Assembly: GCA_963768035.1 (NCBI GenBank)
Contig: CAVYGJ010000008.1
Coordinates: 26,710-90,709 of the forward strand
Direction of reading: 5' to 3'
Length of the DNA stretch: 64,000 bases
Origin: an uncultured Chloroflexia bacterium
GTDB lineage: Bacteria > Chloroflexota > Limnocylindria > Limnocylindrales > CSP1-4
Under the pieces are notes generated by a model. The model saw only the letters and a list, made by a program, of their open reading frames with translations. It did no database searches and was not told where the DNA came from. Both the position numbers and the translations under genes were made by a program. Of the stretch, positions 33,530 to 43,899 are shown one piece after another; within the stretch, counting starts at the first letter, position 1, and the number at the start of each line of letters is the position of its first letter.

Positions 33530-35215
33530 TCAGCTGTCCAGCATCGGGATGCGGACGCCCCGCTCGCGGGCGACGTCGATCGCGCGCTCGTAGCCCGCGT
33601 CCACGTGCCGGACGACGCCCATCCCGGGGTCGCTCAGGAGCACCCGCGACAGCTTCTTCGCCGCGAGCTCCGTCCCGTCCGCGACCACGACCATCCCCGC
33701 GTGCTGGCTGTACCCGATGCCCACGCCGCCGCCGTGGTGGATCGAGACCCAGGTCGCGCCGGCGGCGATGTTGACCATCGCGTTGAGCAGCGGCCAGTCG
33801 GCGACGGCGTCGCTGCCGTCCTTCATCGACTCCGTCTCGCGGTTCGGGGAGGCGACCGAGCCCGAGTCGAGGTGGTCGCGGCCGATGACGATCGGCGCCT
33901 GCACCTCGCCCGCCGCCACGAGCCGGTTGAACTCGAGGCCCGCGAGGTGGCGCTCGCCATAGCCGAGCCAGCAGATCCGGGCGGGCAGGCCCTGGAACGG
34001 GACCTTGGACTCGGCGAGCTCGAGCCAGCGGCGGAGGCCGCGGTCGTGCGGGAACAGCTCGAGCATCGCGCGGTCCGTGCGCCGGATGTCCTCCGGGTCG
34101 CCCGACAGGGCCGCCCAGCGGAACGGCCCGCGGCCCTCGCAGAACTGGGGCCGGATGAACGCGGGCACGAACCCCGGGTAGTCGAACGCGTTCTCGACGC
34201 CCGCCTCCTGGGCCTGCGCACGGAGGTTGTTGCCGTAGTCGAACACGATGGCGCCGGCCGCCTGGAACGCGAGCATCGCGCGGACGTGGGCAGCCATCGA
34301 CGCCTTCGAGCGCATCTCGTACACGTCCGGCTGGCTCACGCGCAGCACGTGCGCGTCGTGGAGGCTGATCTCGCCGGGGACGTAGCCGGCGAGCGCGTCG
34401 TGCGCGGACGTCTGGTCGGTGACGACGTCGAAGTGCTCGCCCGCGGCGGCCCACGCGGGCTCGATCTCCGCGGCGTTGCCCACGAGCGCGATCGAGGTCG
34501 CGTCGCCGGCCGCGGCCGCCTGGCGCGCCATCGTGAGCGCATCCAGCGGGGAGTGCGTGAGGTGGTCCACGTAGCCGATCTGGTGGCGGCGCTGCGCGCG
34601 CTGCTCGTCCACCTCGATCGCGATGCACACGCCCTCGTTCATCGTGACCGAGAGCGGCTGCGCGCCGCCCATCCCGCCGAGGCCCGCGGTGAGCACGATG
34701 CGCCCCCGCAGCGACCCGCCGAAGTGCTGGCGCGCGAGCTCGGCGAACGTCTCGTACGTGCCCTGGAGGATCCCCTGCGTCCCGATGTAGATCCACGAGC
34801 CCGCGGTCATCTGCCCGTACATCATCAGGCCGTCCCGCTCGAGCTCGCGGAAGTGCTCCCAGGTCGCCCACTTCCCCACGAGGTTCGAGTTGGCGATGAG
34901 CACGCGCGGCGCCCACTCGTGGGTCCGGAAGACCGCGACGGGCTTGCCCGACTGGACGAGGAGCGTCTCGTCGTCCTCGAGCCGGCGCAGCTCGCGGACG
35001 ATGGCGTCGAACGCCTCCCACGACCGCGCGGCCCGACCCGTCCCGCCGTAGACGACGAGGCTGTCGGGGTCCTCGGCCACCTCCGGGTCGAGGTTGTTCA
35101 TGAGCATCCGCAGGGCCGCCTCCTGCTGCCAGCCCTTGGTGCTCAGCGTCGTGCCACGCGGAGCGCGGACGGGGCGCGGGCCGGAGACCGGCTCGGGAGG
35201 CGTCTCGGTCGTCAT
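33530..35215 (-). CDS. hutU: Urocanate hydratase
   Basis: [39 protein letters not shown] and HHGGGVG. Confidence 0.97.
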   Translation of the reverse strand: MTTETPPEPVSGPRPVRAPRGTTLSTKGWQQEAALRMLMNNLDPEVAEDPDSLVVYGGTGRAARSWEAFDAIVRELRRLEDDETLLVQSGKPVAVFRTHEWAPRVLIANSNLVGKWATWEHFRELERDGLMMYGQMTAGSWIYIGTQGILQGTYETFAELARQHFGGSLRGRIVLTAGLGGMGGAQPLSVTMNEGVCIAIEVDEQRAQRRHQIGYVDHLTHSPLDALTMARQAAAAGDATSIALVGNAAEIEPAWAAAGEHFDVVTDQTSAHDALAGYVPGEISLHDAHVLRVSQPDVYEMRSKASMAAHVRAMLAFQAAGAIVFDYGNNLRAQAQEAGVENAFDYPGFVPAFIRPQFCEGRGPFRWAALSGDPEDIRRTDRAMLELFPHDRGLRRWLELAESKVPFQGLPARICWLGYGERHLAGLEFNRLVAAGEVQAPIVIGRDHLDSGSVASPNRETESMKDGSDAVADWPLLNAMVNIAAGATWVSIHHGGGVGIGYSQHAGMVVVADGTELAAKKLSRVLLSDPGMGVVRHVDAGYERAIDVARERGVRIPMLDS

Positions 35216-35252
35216 GCGCCCGAGTCTAGGCCCGGGGTCGCGGCGCCGTCGC

Positions 35253-35900
35253 CTACGGCCGCAGGCCGCGGATCAGTCGCTCGCCGTAGCGGCCCTCGCC
35301 GAGCGAGAACAGCGAGACGATCACGTCCTGCTCCTCGAGGTAGGTGTGGTAGACGAGCATCCCGCCCGCGCACGTCGTGACGTAGACCGTCCGCCCGTCG
35401 AGGGTCGTCTCCGCGTTCGTGGCGACGCCGCCCGCCTGCGCACAGGCGCCCTCGTTGTAGGTCTCCCGCCAGTCGGCGAAGAACCCGTCGCCGAACACGC
35501 CGTCGCGGAGCTTCGCGACGACGCCCGAGGCGAGGTCGGTCGGCGTCGTGACGACGGCGAACGCCGCCCGGTCGACGTTGGTCGCGAAGGCCGGGTCCGC
35601 GGCCGCCTCGGCGAACGACTCGTCCTCCACCGTGACCGGCGCGCCGTCGATGTCGGACGGCAGGATCGCGAGCAGCGAGTCGTCGCGGACGACGGCGTCG
35701 CCGGAGGTGGGTGGGGCCGACGTGACCGCCGGGCTCGACGGCGCGGACGTCTCCGGCGGCGGGAGGGTGGCGGGCGGGCCGACGGGCGTGGCCGCGATCG
35801 TCGGCGGCGTCGAGGGCCCGGTGGTGCCGCACGCGGCGACGGCGAGCGCCAGGATCACGAGGACGCTGACGGGTCGGCCGATGCGGATCGCCTGGCTCAC
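35253..35900 (-). CDS. Hypothetical lipoprotein
   Basis: AVAAC lipobox, P/T/S linker, and a globular domain with two Cys. Confidence 0.7.
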   Translation of the reverse strand: MSQAIRIGRPVSVLVILALAVAACGTTGPSTPPTIAATPVGPPATLPPPETSAPSSPAVTSAPPTSGDAVVRDDSLLAILPSDIDGAPVTVEDESFAEAAADPAFATNVDRAAFAVVTTPTDLASGVVAKLRDGVFGDGFFADWRETYNEGACAQAGGVATNAETTLDGRTVYVTTCAGGMLVYHTYLEEQDVIVSLFSLGEGRYGERLIRGLRP

Positions 35901-36661
35901 GCGAGCTCCCGGCGCATCACCGGGAAGCGGTCGTCGGCCGCGGCGACGGTGAACCCGAGGTGCTCCCAGAAGCCGGGCGTCGCGGCGCTCGTCGCGTTCT
36001 CCCGCGCGCCACGCTCGGGGTAGGTCTCGACGGCCGCGAACCCGCGGCCCGCGAGGTCGTCGATCACCGCCTCGACGAGCAGCACCGCGAGGCCGCGGTC
36101 ACGCGCGGCCGCCGTCGTCGAGATGCAGGTGATGACCGCCGGCAGCGGCGAGACGGGCAGCTGCGGGTAGAGCTCGCGGGTCCGGAGCGCGCGCGGGTAC
36201 GCGGACAGCGGCCCGAACTGCGCGTAGACGGCCGGAGCGTCGTCCTCGAGCAGCACCTTCGCGTACGACCCGAACACCGCGAGGCCGCGACCCAGGAGCT
36301 GGAGCTTGCGCGGCGCGTCATGCCCGACCGCGGGGCCGGTCCTGGGTGGCGGCGCGAACGGGTTCACGGGCGCGTCGTCGTCGTCGGCGAGGAACGGGTT
36401 GAAGGTCGTCTTCGGCGGCGGCGCGAACGGGTTGATCGCGGGCTCGTCATCGTCGTCGTCGGCGAACGGGTTGCGCGGCCGCGCGGGCGCAGCCGGGGCA
36501 GGGGCCGCGGCGGGATCGAACCACGAGGCGCGGGCGGCCTTCGAGCCGCGGTCGGCGTCCTCCCAGTAGTCGCACGACCGGTGGTCGAACCCCGGGTCCG
36601 CGCACGGCGGGAGCAGCGCGAACGTGGCGCCGTCGGTGACGTCGACGATCCGGATGGCCAT
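35897..36661 (-). CDS. GNAT-fold protein with acidic NPF-repeat insertion
   Basis: CDYWE, YAQFGP..YPRA, ITCI..RDRGLA, AVETYP and FWEHLGF; four NPF motifs. Confidence 0.7.
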   Translation of the reverse strand: MAIRIVDVTDGATFALLPPCADPGFDHRSCDYWEDADRGSKAARASWFDPAAAPAPAAPARPRNPFADDDDDEPAINPFAPPPKTTFNPFLADDDDAPVNPFAPPPRTGPAVGHDAPRKLQLLGRGLAVFGSYAKVLLEDDAPAVYAQFGPLSAYPRALRTRELYPQLPVSPLPAVITCISTTAAARDRGLAVLLVEAVIDDLAGRGFAAVETYPERGARENATSAATPGFWEHLGFTVAAADDRFPVMRRELA

Positions 36662-36698
36662 GCCGAGAGTCTACGAGAGCCGCCGGTCGCCTCGGCGG

Positions 36699-38327
36699 TC
36701 AGTCCCCGACGAGGTCGACGAGCGCGCCTTCCTTGACGATCGCGAGGGTCGCGGCGAGGTCCGGACCCGGCTCGCGGTCCTGGACCAGGTGGGTCACGCG
36801 TTCCCGGATCCGCTCGTGCGCCTCGGCGACGCCGGCGCCGGGCAGCGGCGCCTCGAGCCCGCCGGCCGTCAGCGAGGCGAGCCGCAGGTCGAGCGCCTGG
36901 GCCGCCGCGAGCAGCTCGATCGCGACGATCTGCTGGACGTGCCCGAGGACGGTCCGCGCGTGGCGGGCCGCGGCCGCGCCCATCGACACGTGGTCCTCCT
37001 GGTTCGCGGACGTCGGGATGGAGTCCGCGGACGACGGGTGGGCGAGCACCTTGTTCTCGGACGCGAGCGCCGCCGCCGTGTACTGGACGATCATCAGGCC
37101 GCTGTTCCGGCCCGGGTCGGGGGTCAGGAAGGCGGGCAGGCCGCCGTTGAGCCGCGGGTCCACGAGCAGCGCCGTCCGCCGCTCCGAGATGGCGCCGAGC
37201 TCCGAGAGCGCGAGCTTCGCGAAGTCGAGCGCGAGCGCGATCGGCTCGCCGTGGAAGTTGCCGCCGCTGATCACGAGCCCGCCCCCGGTCGCGAGGGCGT
37301 CGACCGGGACGTCGCCGCCGGCGGGGAACACGAGCGGGTTGTCGGTCGCGGAGTTGAGCTCGATGTCGAGCACCCGCCGGAGGTGGTCCAGCGCGTCGCG
37401 GACCGCGCCGTGGACCTGCGGCACGCAGCGCAGCGAGTACGGGTCCTGGACCTTGTGCGCCGAGTCGTGGTGCCCGGTCTGGAGCCCGGAGTCGCGCAGC
37501 AGGTGGCGGAGCTCGCCCGCGACCGCGACCTGGCCCGGGTGCGGCCGCGCGAGCTGGTACGGCGCGGCGAACGCGACCTCGGTCCCGAGCAGCGCCTCGA
37601 CGGACATCGCCGCCGCGACGGACGCGGTCCGGGTCAGGCGGTCGGCATCGGCCAGCAGGAGCGCCCCCAGCGCCGACATGAGCTGGGTCCCGTTGAGGAG
37701 CGCGAGGCCCTCCTTCGGCTGGAGGGTCAGCGGCTCGAGCCCGTGCTCGCGGAGCGCGACGAGCGCGGGGACCACCTGTCCGGCGACCTCGACCTCGCCG
37801 CGCCCGATGACCGGCAGCGCGAGGTGCGCGAGCGGGGCCAGGTCCCCCGAGGCGCCGACGCTCCCCTGCTCCGGCACGACCGGGTGGATCCCGAGCTCCA
37901 GGAGGCGCAGCAGGAAGTCGACGAGCTCGGGCCGGCAGCCGGAGTGGCCCAGCGCGAGCGTGTTCGCCCGCAGCAGGAGCATCGCGCGGACGACCTCGCG
38001 CGGGAACGGCGCACCGACCCCCGCGGCGTGCGACGCGATGAGGTTCTCCTGGAGCACGGCCGCGTCGCCGGGCGGGATGAACGTCGTCGCGAGGTCGCCG
38101 AAGCCCGTCGTGACGCCGTAGACGACCTCGCCGCGCGCGACGAGCGTGTCGATGACGTCGCGCGCCTCCTGCATCCGGTCCCGTGCGTGGAGGTCGAGCG
38201 CTGCGCGGACCCCGTGGCGGGCGACGGCCTCGACGTCGGCGATCGTGAGGTCCGCGCCCGTCAGGACGACCGGGTCGGTGGGCTGGGGCGTCCCGGGCCG
38301 CGCTGGTACGAAGTGGGCATCGGTCAC
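36699..38327 (-). CDS. hutH: Histidine ammonia-lyase
   Basis: VYGVTTGFG, MIO motif GSVGASGDLAPLAH, KEGLALLNGT, QDPYSLRC and ANQEDHVSM. Confidence 0.96.
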   Translation of the reverse strand: MTDAHFVPARPGTPQPTDPVVLTGADLTIADVEAVARHGVRAALDLHARDRMQEARDVIDTLVARGEVVYGVTTGFGDLATTFIPPGDAAVLQENLIASHAAGVGAPFPREVVRAMLLLRANTLALGHSGCRPELVDFLLRLLELGIHPVVPEQGSVGASGDLAPLAHLALPVIGRGEVEVAGQVVPALVALREHGLEPLTLQPKEGLALLNGTQLMSALGALLLADADRLTRTASVAAAMSVEALLGTEVAFAAPYQLARPHPGQVAVAGELRHLLRDSGLQTGHHDSAHKVQDPYSLRCVPQVHGAVRDALDHLRRVLDIELNSATDNPLVFPAGGDVPVDALATGGGLVISGGNFHGEPIALALDFAKLALSELGAISERRTALLVDPRLNGGLPAFLTPDPGRNSGLMIVQYTAAALASENKVLAHPSSADSIPTSANQEDHVSMGAAAARHARTVLGHVQQIVAIELLAAAQALDLRLASLTAGGLEAPLPGAGVAEAHERIRERVTHLVQDREPGPDLAATLAIVKEGALVDLVGD

Positions 38328-38422
38328 GACAGCGAGCATAGGCTACCCTTCCGCCCGTGTTCGACTTCGACGACGGCCCCGTCCGCTCGCGGCCCGGCGC
38401 CGCGCACCCGGCGGCGTAGCCC

Positions 38423-39127
38423 GTGCTCACCTTCATCGACGAGATCGTCATCCCGTTCCTCCAGCAGCTGTACGGCGCGCTGGGCTACCTCGGCGTCGGC
38501 CTCGCGATGGCGATCGAGTCCGCGATGGTCCCGCTGCCCTCGGAGCTGATCCTCCCGTTCGCGGGCTTCATGGTCTCCGACCCCACCCAGATCGAGCCGA
38601 TCACCGGCCTGCCGTGGAACTTCTGGATCGTCGTCGTGGTGGCGACGGTCGGGAACACGATCGGCTCGCTCGTCGCGTACGCGATCGGCGCCTGGGGCGG
38701 CCGCCCGTTCCTCGAGCGCTACGGGAAGTACCTGCTGATCCGCGACCACGAGATCGAGGCGGCCGACCACTTCTTCGCGAAGTACGGCTCGGCGACGGTG
38801 TTCTTCGGCCGGCTGCTGCCGATCGTCCGGACGTTCATCTCGTTCCCGGCCGGGGTCACCCGGATGCCGCTCGGCAAGTTCATCCTGTTCTCGACCCTCG
38901 GCGCGCTGCCGTGGTCGATCGCGCTCGCCTACGCGGGCACGGTCCTCGGCGCGAACTGGGTCGACATCCGGGAGGCGCTCAAGCCGTTCGACCTGCTCAT
39001 CGCGGCGATCGTCGTGCTGCTCTTCCTGTCGCTGCTGTGGTGGCGGTTCGGGATGCCCGGCATGCCCAAGAAGGCGCCGACGCCCGCCGTCGAGGCCGCG
39101 GCCGATCCCGTCGAGACCGAGGCGTAG
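38423..39127 (+). CDS. DedA family protein
   Basis: IESAMVPLPSELIL and FFGRLLPIVRTFISFPAG. Confidence 0.92.
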   Translation: MLTFIDEIVIPFLQQLYGALGYLGVGLAMAIESAMVPLPSELILPFAGFMVSDPTQIEPITGLPWNFWIVVVVATVGNTIGSLVAYAIGAWGGRPFLERYGKYLLIRDHEIEAADHFFAKYGSATVFFGRLLPIVRTFISFPAGVTRMPLGKFILFSTLGALPWSIALAYAGTVLGANWVDIREALKPFDLLIAAIVVLLFLSLLWWRFGMPGMPKKAPTPAVEAAADPVETEA

Positions 39128-39133
39128 CGGGGG

Positions 39134-39841
39134 CTACTCCCAGGGAAGCGCGTCCGGGCCGCGGAGGTGGCCGAGGTCGTTGGCGACGATGAGCTTCGCG
39201 TCCTCTGGCCCGTCGCCGTCCTCCCAGCGGAGCACGGTGAGGTTGCCCTGGCCCTGGAGGAACCGCTTGCGGTAGTCGCGGACGTCCGTGCCGAGGGCGA
39301 CGCACAGCAGGATCCGGTTCGTCGACGAGTGCCCGACCGCGAGCACGGGACGGTTCTCGGGCGCCGCGGCCGGACCGCCCGGCCTCGTCGCCGCCCGGAA
39401 CGAGGCCCTCGCATACCAGGCGCGATGCTCGTCGATCAGGTCGGACAGGAACGAGCGCACCCGCTCGGCGACCTCGTTGCCGGACTCGCCGCCCGGGCAT
39501 GCCAGCCGGTCCGGCGCGAGCTCCCACTCGCGGCGCGTCGCGACGTCCTGCTCCTCGAGCTGGGTGTAGGTCAGCCCCTCCCAGGCCCCGTAGTCCATCT
39601 CCTTGAGCCGCGGGTCGGCCTCGACGTCCACGCCCGGGACGATGATCCCGGCCGTCTCGCGGGCCCGGAACAGGGGGCTCGTGATGACCCGGTCGAAGCG
39701 CACGGCCGACAGCCGGTGGGCGAGGGCCTGCGCCTGCGCGCGGCCGGCCTCGTTGATCGAGATGTCGATCCGCTGCCCGAGGTGCTGTTCGGGATCGGAG
39801 CGGTCGGTGAGGCCGTGGCGGGTGAGGACGAGGGTGAGCAT
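39134..39841 (-). CDS. Histidine phosphatase family protein
   Basis: RHG motif, SPLFRARET, LKEMDYGAWEG, PGGES and VGH. Confidence 0.9.
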   Translation of the reverse strand: MLTLVLTRHGLTDRSDPEQHLGQRIDISINEAGRAQAQALAHRLSAVRFDRVITSPLFRARETAGIIVPGVDVEADPRLKEMDYGAWEGLTYTQLEEQDVATRREWELAPDRLACPGGESGNEVAERVRSFLSDLIDEHRAWYARASFRAATRPGGPAAAPENRPVLAVGHSSTNRILLCVALGTDVRDYRKRFLQGQGNLTVLRWEDGDGPEDAKLIVANDLGHLRGPDALPWE

Positions 39842-39890
39842 CGCGGACCAGTCTAGGGGCAGCGCCTAACGCGATCCCCCACAATCGGCC

Positions 39891-40717
39891 GTGATGCCCG
39901 CCAAGGTCGAACGCGCCGTCTCCTTCCACCCGCGCGGAACGCTGATCGCGAACGCGCTCGGGCGTGCGATGCGCCGGCCGAGCTGGGCCGGATCGATCGT
40001 CACCGGCGTCCTCGCCGTCGTCTTCGCGACGGCCGTGCGGGATCGCGGCTTCGGCGTCGTCGTCGCGGCTGCTGGCGTCGCGACGTGCATCGGCGTGCTC
40101 GTCGCCTATCTCGCGATGCCGGGGCGCACCCGCAAGACCCTCGAGACGTTCGCGTGGCTCGGGCGGCGCGAGCTCGACCGGATCCGTGAGCAGACCGGCG
40201 CCCGGTACACGGGGACGACGCCCGACGGCGCGGCGCGCTGGCTGGTCGACAACCCGCGGTCGTCGGTCACCGCCCTCGCGAGGATCGATGTCCTCACGAT
40301 CCTCGGTCGCATCGACGAGGCCGATGCCGAGGCCACCCGATTGCCGCCGCCGCGCGACGACATCGAGGCGGTCGGGCAGGTCCTCAACCGGGTCAACGTG
40401 CGCTTCGTCGCGGACGAGCCGATCGACCAGGCGCTGCAGTGCCGAGGTCGTCGAGCTCGCGGCAGCGGCTGGACCCGAGGTCGGAGGCGGCGGCAGAGAT
40501 GCGCGTGGGTCTCGCGATCGTGACCGCACGCGAGCGCCTGGCGGCGGGCCGCGGCGACTGGGACGAGGAGCTCCTCGTGGTGCGGCCGACCCTGGGATCG
40601 GCGCCGGCATGGGTCCTGCTCCGCGACGTCTGGTCGAGGCTCGTGGTCTCGTTGTTCTGCGTCGCGCTCGCCGTCGGGCTGATCGTCGCGGTCCTCCCGG
40701 GGCTGGTCGGCGTGTGA
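39891..40717 (+). CDS. Hypothetical membrane protein, frameshift near 40440
   Basis: ORFs 39891..40523 and 40439..40717 join into a protein with N- and C-terminal TMs. Confidence 0.55.
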
Positions 40718-40745
40718 GAATGGCGCCCGGAGGTTCCGACGAGAC

Positions 40746-40985
40746 ATGAGCGACACGCACGCTGCGGCCCAGACCCCGGAAGAGCACGGCCATGCCCCCG
40801 ACGCGCACGGCGCGGCCACGGGTCACGCCGAGGGCGCCCACTCGCACGACGACCACATGCACGCGGGGATGGGTCTCGGCCCGTTCGACCTGCGGATGTG
40901 GGCGGTCGGGATCGTCGGCGTGATCTGGGCGCTGATCATCACGGCGGGCTTCGTGGCGGCGACCGGCTTCCAGTTCAACGCCTGA
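40746..40985 (+). CDS. Small His-rich single-TM protein
   Basis: His-rich N-terminus followed by LGPFDLRMWAVG and a TM. Confidence 0.65.
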   Translation: MSDTHAAAQTPEEHGHAPDAHGAATGHAEGAHSHDDHMHAGMGLGPFDLRMWAVGIVGVIWALIITAGFVAATGFQFNA

Positions 40986-42129
40986 CCGGAACGGTCAGCC
41001 GGCGGTCACCCCGGTCGGCATCGGTCAGCTCGGGCTCGTCGGCGGCGCCGGCCGCGGCCGCGGTCTCAGGATCCGGCTCGTCGGTCACGTACGCGGAGTG
41101 CATCGGCCGGTCCCACCACGGCGTCGGCGCCATCGTCAGCTTCTCGAGCTTGCGGAGCACCGAGTCGTAGTTGACCCGCCAGCCGTTGAAGTCCCGCCAC
41201 GCCTGGTCGCGGTCCTCGACGACGGGCACGCCGGATGCCGCGAGGACATCGAAGGCGCGGTCGAACCGCTCTCGATCGATGCTCGTCGCGTCGGTTGGCA
41301 ACGGGTGCGGGTCGAACGCGATGTTGAAGAACGTGCCGATCCGGCGGAGCGCGATGTAGCCGGCCCGGATCATGAGGTCGGCCTGGACGTCGGGCGGCAC
41401 CGCGACGGCGGAGCGCATGAGCGCGGCGGCGTCCATCATCGCGCCCGCCGCGTTGACCCACGACTTGTCGTGCTGCTGCGACCGGTAGAACACGAGCACC
41501 GGCAGCGAGCTGTGGGTCTCCTCGAGCTCCGCGAACCAGTTCTCCCACTTCTCGTACATCTCGTGCATCACGTCGAGGCCGGAGACGCGGTGCATCCGGG
41601 TGATCATCACGACCGGCGACGGCGGTGAGTCGGCGCGGACCTCGAGCAGGCTCACGAGCAGCTCCCGGCGTGAGAACGCGCTGTAGATCGTGGGCAGGTA
41701 CGAGATCAGGAGCGCGACGAGCGCGAGGCCGATCGCGGCCTCGATGAACGCCAGCCCGTCGCCCCCGGCGACGCCCGGCTCGCGGAAGCCGAGCGTCAGC
41801 AGCGAGGAGCCGCTGACCACGAGCGCGTCCTCCATCGGCAGGCCCAGCGACCAGTAGATCGCCCCGAAGCCGAGCACCAGCAGGAACAGCCACCACGCCG
41901 GCAGGAGGACCAGGGCGATCGGGCCGTAGTAGGCCATGATCCGGTCGCGGTACTCGTACGGCCGGGTCGCCGGCGCGGCGAGGTCGAACAGCTTGCGGAT
42001 CGCCCGGAACGCGTACCGGGTGAGCGCGTCGTTGTCGCCGCGGGGCACGACGAACGTCCGGATGGCGCTCAGCACCGTCCGCACGATGACGAGGAGCCCG
42101 AGCAGCCCGACGACGACCTGGAGGATCAC
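40975..42129 (-). CDS. Membrane protein with ion-channel pore-like motif
   Basis: SGSSLLTLGF pore-like segment, EAAIGL..LLISYLPTIYSAFSRRE, and ETHSSLPVLVFYRS. Confidence 0.75.
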   Translation of the reverse strand: MILQVVVGLLGLLVIVRTVLSAIRTFVVPRGDNDALTRYAFRAIRKLFDLAAPATRPYEYRDRIMAYYGPIALVLLPAWWLFLLVLGFGAIYWSLGLPMEDALVVSGSSLLTLGFREPGVAGGDGLAFIEAAIGLALVALLISYLPTIYSAFSRRELLVSLLEVRADSPPSPVVMITRMHRVSGLDVMHEMYEKWENWFAELEETHSSLPVLVFYRSQQHDKSWVNAAGAMMDAAALMRSAVAVPPDVQADLMIRAGYIALRRIGTFFNIAFDPHPLPTDATSIDRERFDRAFDVLAASGVPVVEDRDQAWRDFNGWRVNYDSVLRKLEKLTMAPTPWWDRPMHSAYVTDEPDPETAAAAGAADEPELTDADRGDRRLTVPVRR

Positions 42130-42183
42130 CGCCGGAGCATAGGCCGGGTCGCGCCCCGCGCCCAGCGCGAACCGGTCACGCGG

Positions 42184-43899
42184 CTAGAACAGGCCGACGA
42201 CGTTCCCGTCCGCGTCGATGTCGATCCGCTCCCCGCCCGGCTTCGAGTTGAGCCCCGGCATCGTCCGCATCTCGCCCGCGATCGGGGTGATGAAGCCCGC
42301 GCCCGCCGCCAGGCGGACCTCGCGGATCTGGACCCGGAAGCCCGTCGGCCGCCCCAGCAGCTTGGGGTTGTCCGACAGGCTGTACTGCGTCTTCGCCATG
42401 CAGATCGGGAGGTGCCCGAAGCCCATGTCCTCGTACTGCGCCAGCTGGCGCTTCGCGGCGGGCAGGTAGTCGACGCCGTCGCCGCCGTAGATGCGTGTCG
42501 CGATCGCCTCGATCTTCTCGGCGAGCGGGGCCTCGTCCGGGTAGAGCAGCTGGAAGTCGGGCGCGCCCTCCTCGGCCGCGGCCCAGACGGCCTCGGCGAG
42601 CGCCTCGGCGCCGGCGCCCCCGTCGACGAAGTGACTCGCGACCACGGCGTCGCGCGCACCCGCGGCGAGCGCGACCGCGCGGACCGCCTCGATCTCCGCC
42701 GCGGTGTCGGTGGGGAACGTGTTGATGGCCACGACCGCCGGCACGCCGAACGCCCGGACGTTCTCGATCTGCTTCGCGAGGTTCGCCCCGCCGAGGCGGA
42801 CGGCCTCGGGGTTGTTCTCGAGCAGCGCCGGGTCCAGCGGCTTGCCCGCGACGATCCGCCCCACGCCGCCGTGCATCTTGAGCGCGCGGATCGTGGCGAC
42901 GAGGACCGCGGCATCGGGCTTGAGCCCGCTCGCCCGGCACTTGATGTCGAAGAACTTCTCCGCGCCCATGTCGGCCCCGAACCCGGCCTCGGTCACGATG
43001 ATGTCCGTCGTGGCGAGCGCGGCACGGTCGGCGAGGACGCTGTTGTTGCCGTGGGCGATGTTGGCGAACGGGCCGCAGTGGACGAAGGCCGGCCCGCCCT
43101 CGAGCGTCTGGAGCAGGTTGGGCTTGATCGCGTCCTTGAGCAGGACGGTCATCGAGCCCGCGACCTTGAGGTCCTCGGCCGTGATCGGCGTCCCGTCGCG
43201 ACGGGTGGCCAGGACGACCCGCCCGAGACGCGCCCGGAGGTCGTGGATGTCCGACGCGAGGGCGAGGATCGCCATGACCTCGGAGCCGACCGTGATCACG
43301 TACTGGGTGGACCGCGCGTAGCCGTTCTCGGTGCCGCCCAGCCCGACGACGACCTCGCGCAGCGCCCGGTCGCTGATGTCGACGACACGCGGCCACAGGA
43401 TCCGGTTCTGGTCGATCCCCAGCTCGTTGCCGTGGTGGACGTGGTTGTCGATGAACGCCGCCGCGAGGTTGTGCGCGGCGCCGATCGCGTGCACGTCGCC
43501 GGTCAGGTGGAGGTTGAAGTCCTCCATCGGGATGACCTGGCTGTGGCCGCCGCCGGCCGCGCCGCCCTTGATCCCGAACACCGGCCCGAGGCTCGGCTGG
43601 CGGATCGTCACCGCGGCCCTGCGGCCGATCCGGTTGAGGCCCTGGGCGAGCCCGACGACGGTCGTGCTCTTGCCTTCGCCGAGCGGCGTCGGCGTCATCC
43701 CGGTCACCACGACGTACTTGCCGCGCGGGTTCGCGGCCTCGAGGCGACGGATCCCCTCGATCGTGACCTTGGCCTTCGTGTTGCCGTACGGCTCGACCTC
43801 GTCGGGCGTGAAGCCGAGGTCGTGCGCGACGTCGGTGATCGGGCGGGGCGTCGCGGCGCGGGCGATCTCGAGGTCGGACGGGAAGGGCGCGGCGCTCAT
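42184..43899 (-). CDS. fhs: Formate--tetrahydrofolate ligase
   Basis: TPTPLGEGKST, GIKGGAAGGG, FNLHLTGD, PFANIAHG, TEAGFGAD and CMAKTQYS. Confidence 0.97.
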   Translation of the reverse strand: MSAAPFPSDLEIARAATPRPITDVAHDLGFTPDEVEPYGNTKAKVTIEGIRRLEAANPRGKYVVVTGMTPTPLGEGKSTTVVGLAQGLNRIGRRAAVTIRQPSLGPVFGIKGGAAGGGHSQVIPMEDFNLHLTGDVHAIGAAHNLAAAFIDNHVHHGNELGIDQNRILWPRVVDISDRALREVVVGLGGTENGYARSTQYVITVGSEVMAILALASDIHDLRARLGRVVLATRRDGTPITAEDLKVAGSMTVLLKDAIKPNLLQTLEGGPAFVHCGPFANIAHGNNSVLADRAALATTDIIVTEAGFGADMGAEKFFDIKCRASGLKPDAAVLVATIRALKMHGGVGRIVAGKPLDPALLENNPEAVRLGGANLAKQIENVRAFGVPAVVAINTFPTDTAAEIEAVRAVALAAGARDAVVASHFVDGGAGAEALAEAVWAAAEEGAPDFQLLYPDEAPLAEKIEAIATRIYGGDGVDYLPAAKRQLAQYEDMGFGHLPICMAKTQYSLSDNPKLLGRPTGFRVQIREVRLAAGAGFITPIAGEMRTMPGLNSKPGGERIDIDADGNVVGLF

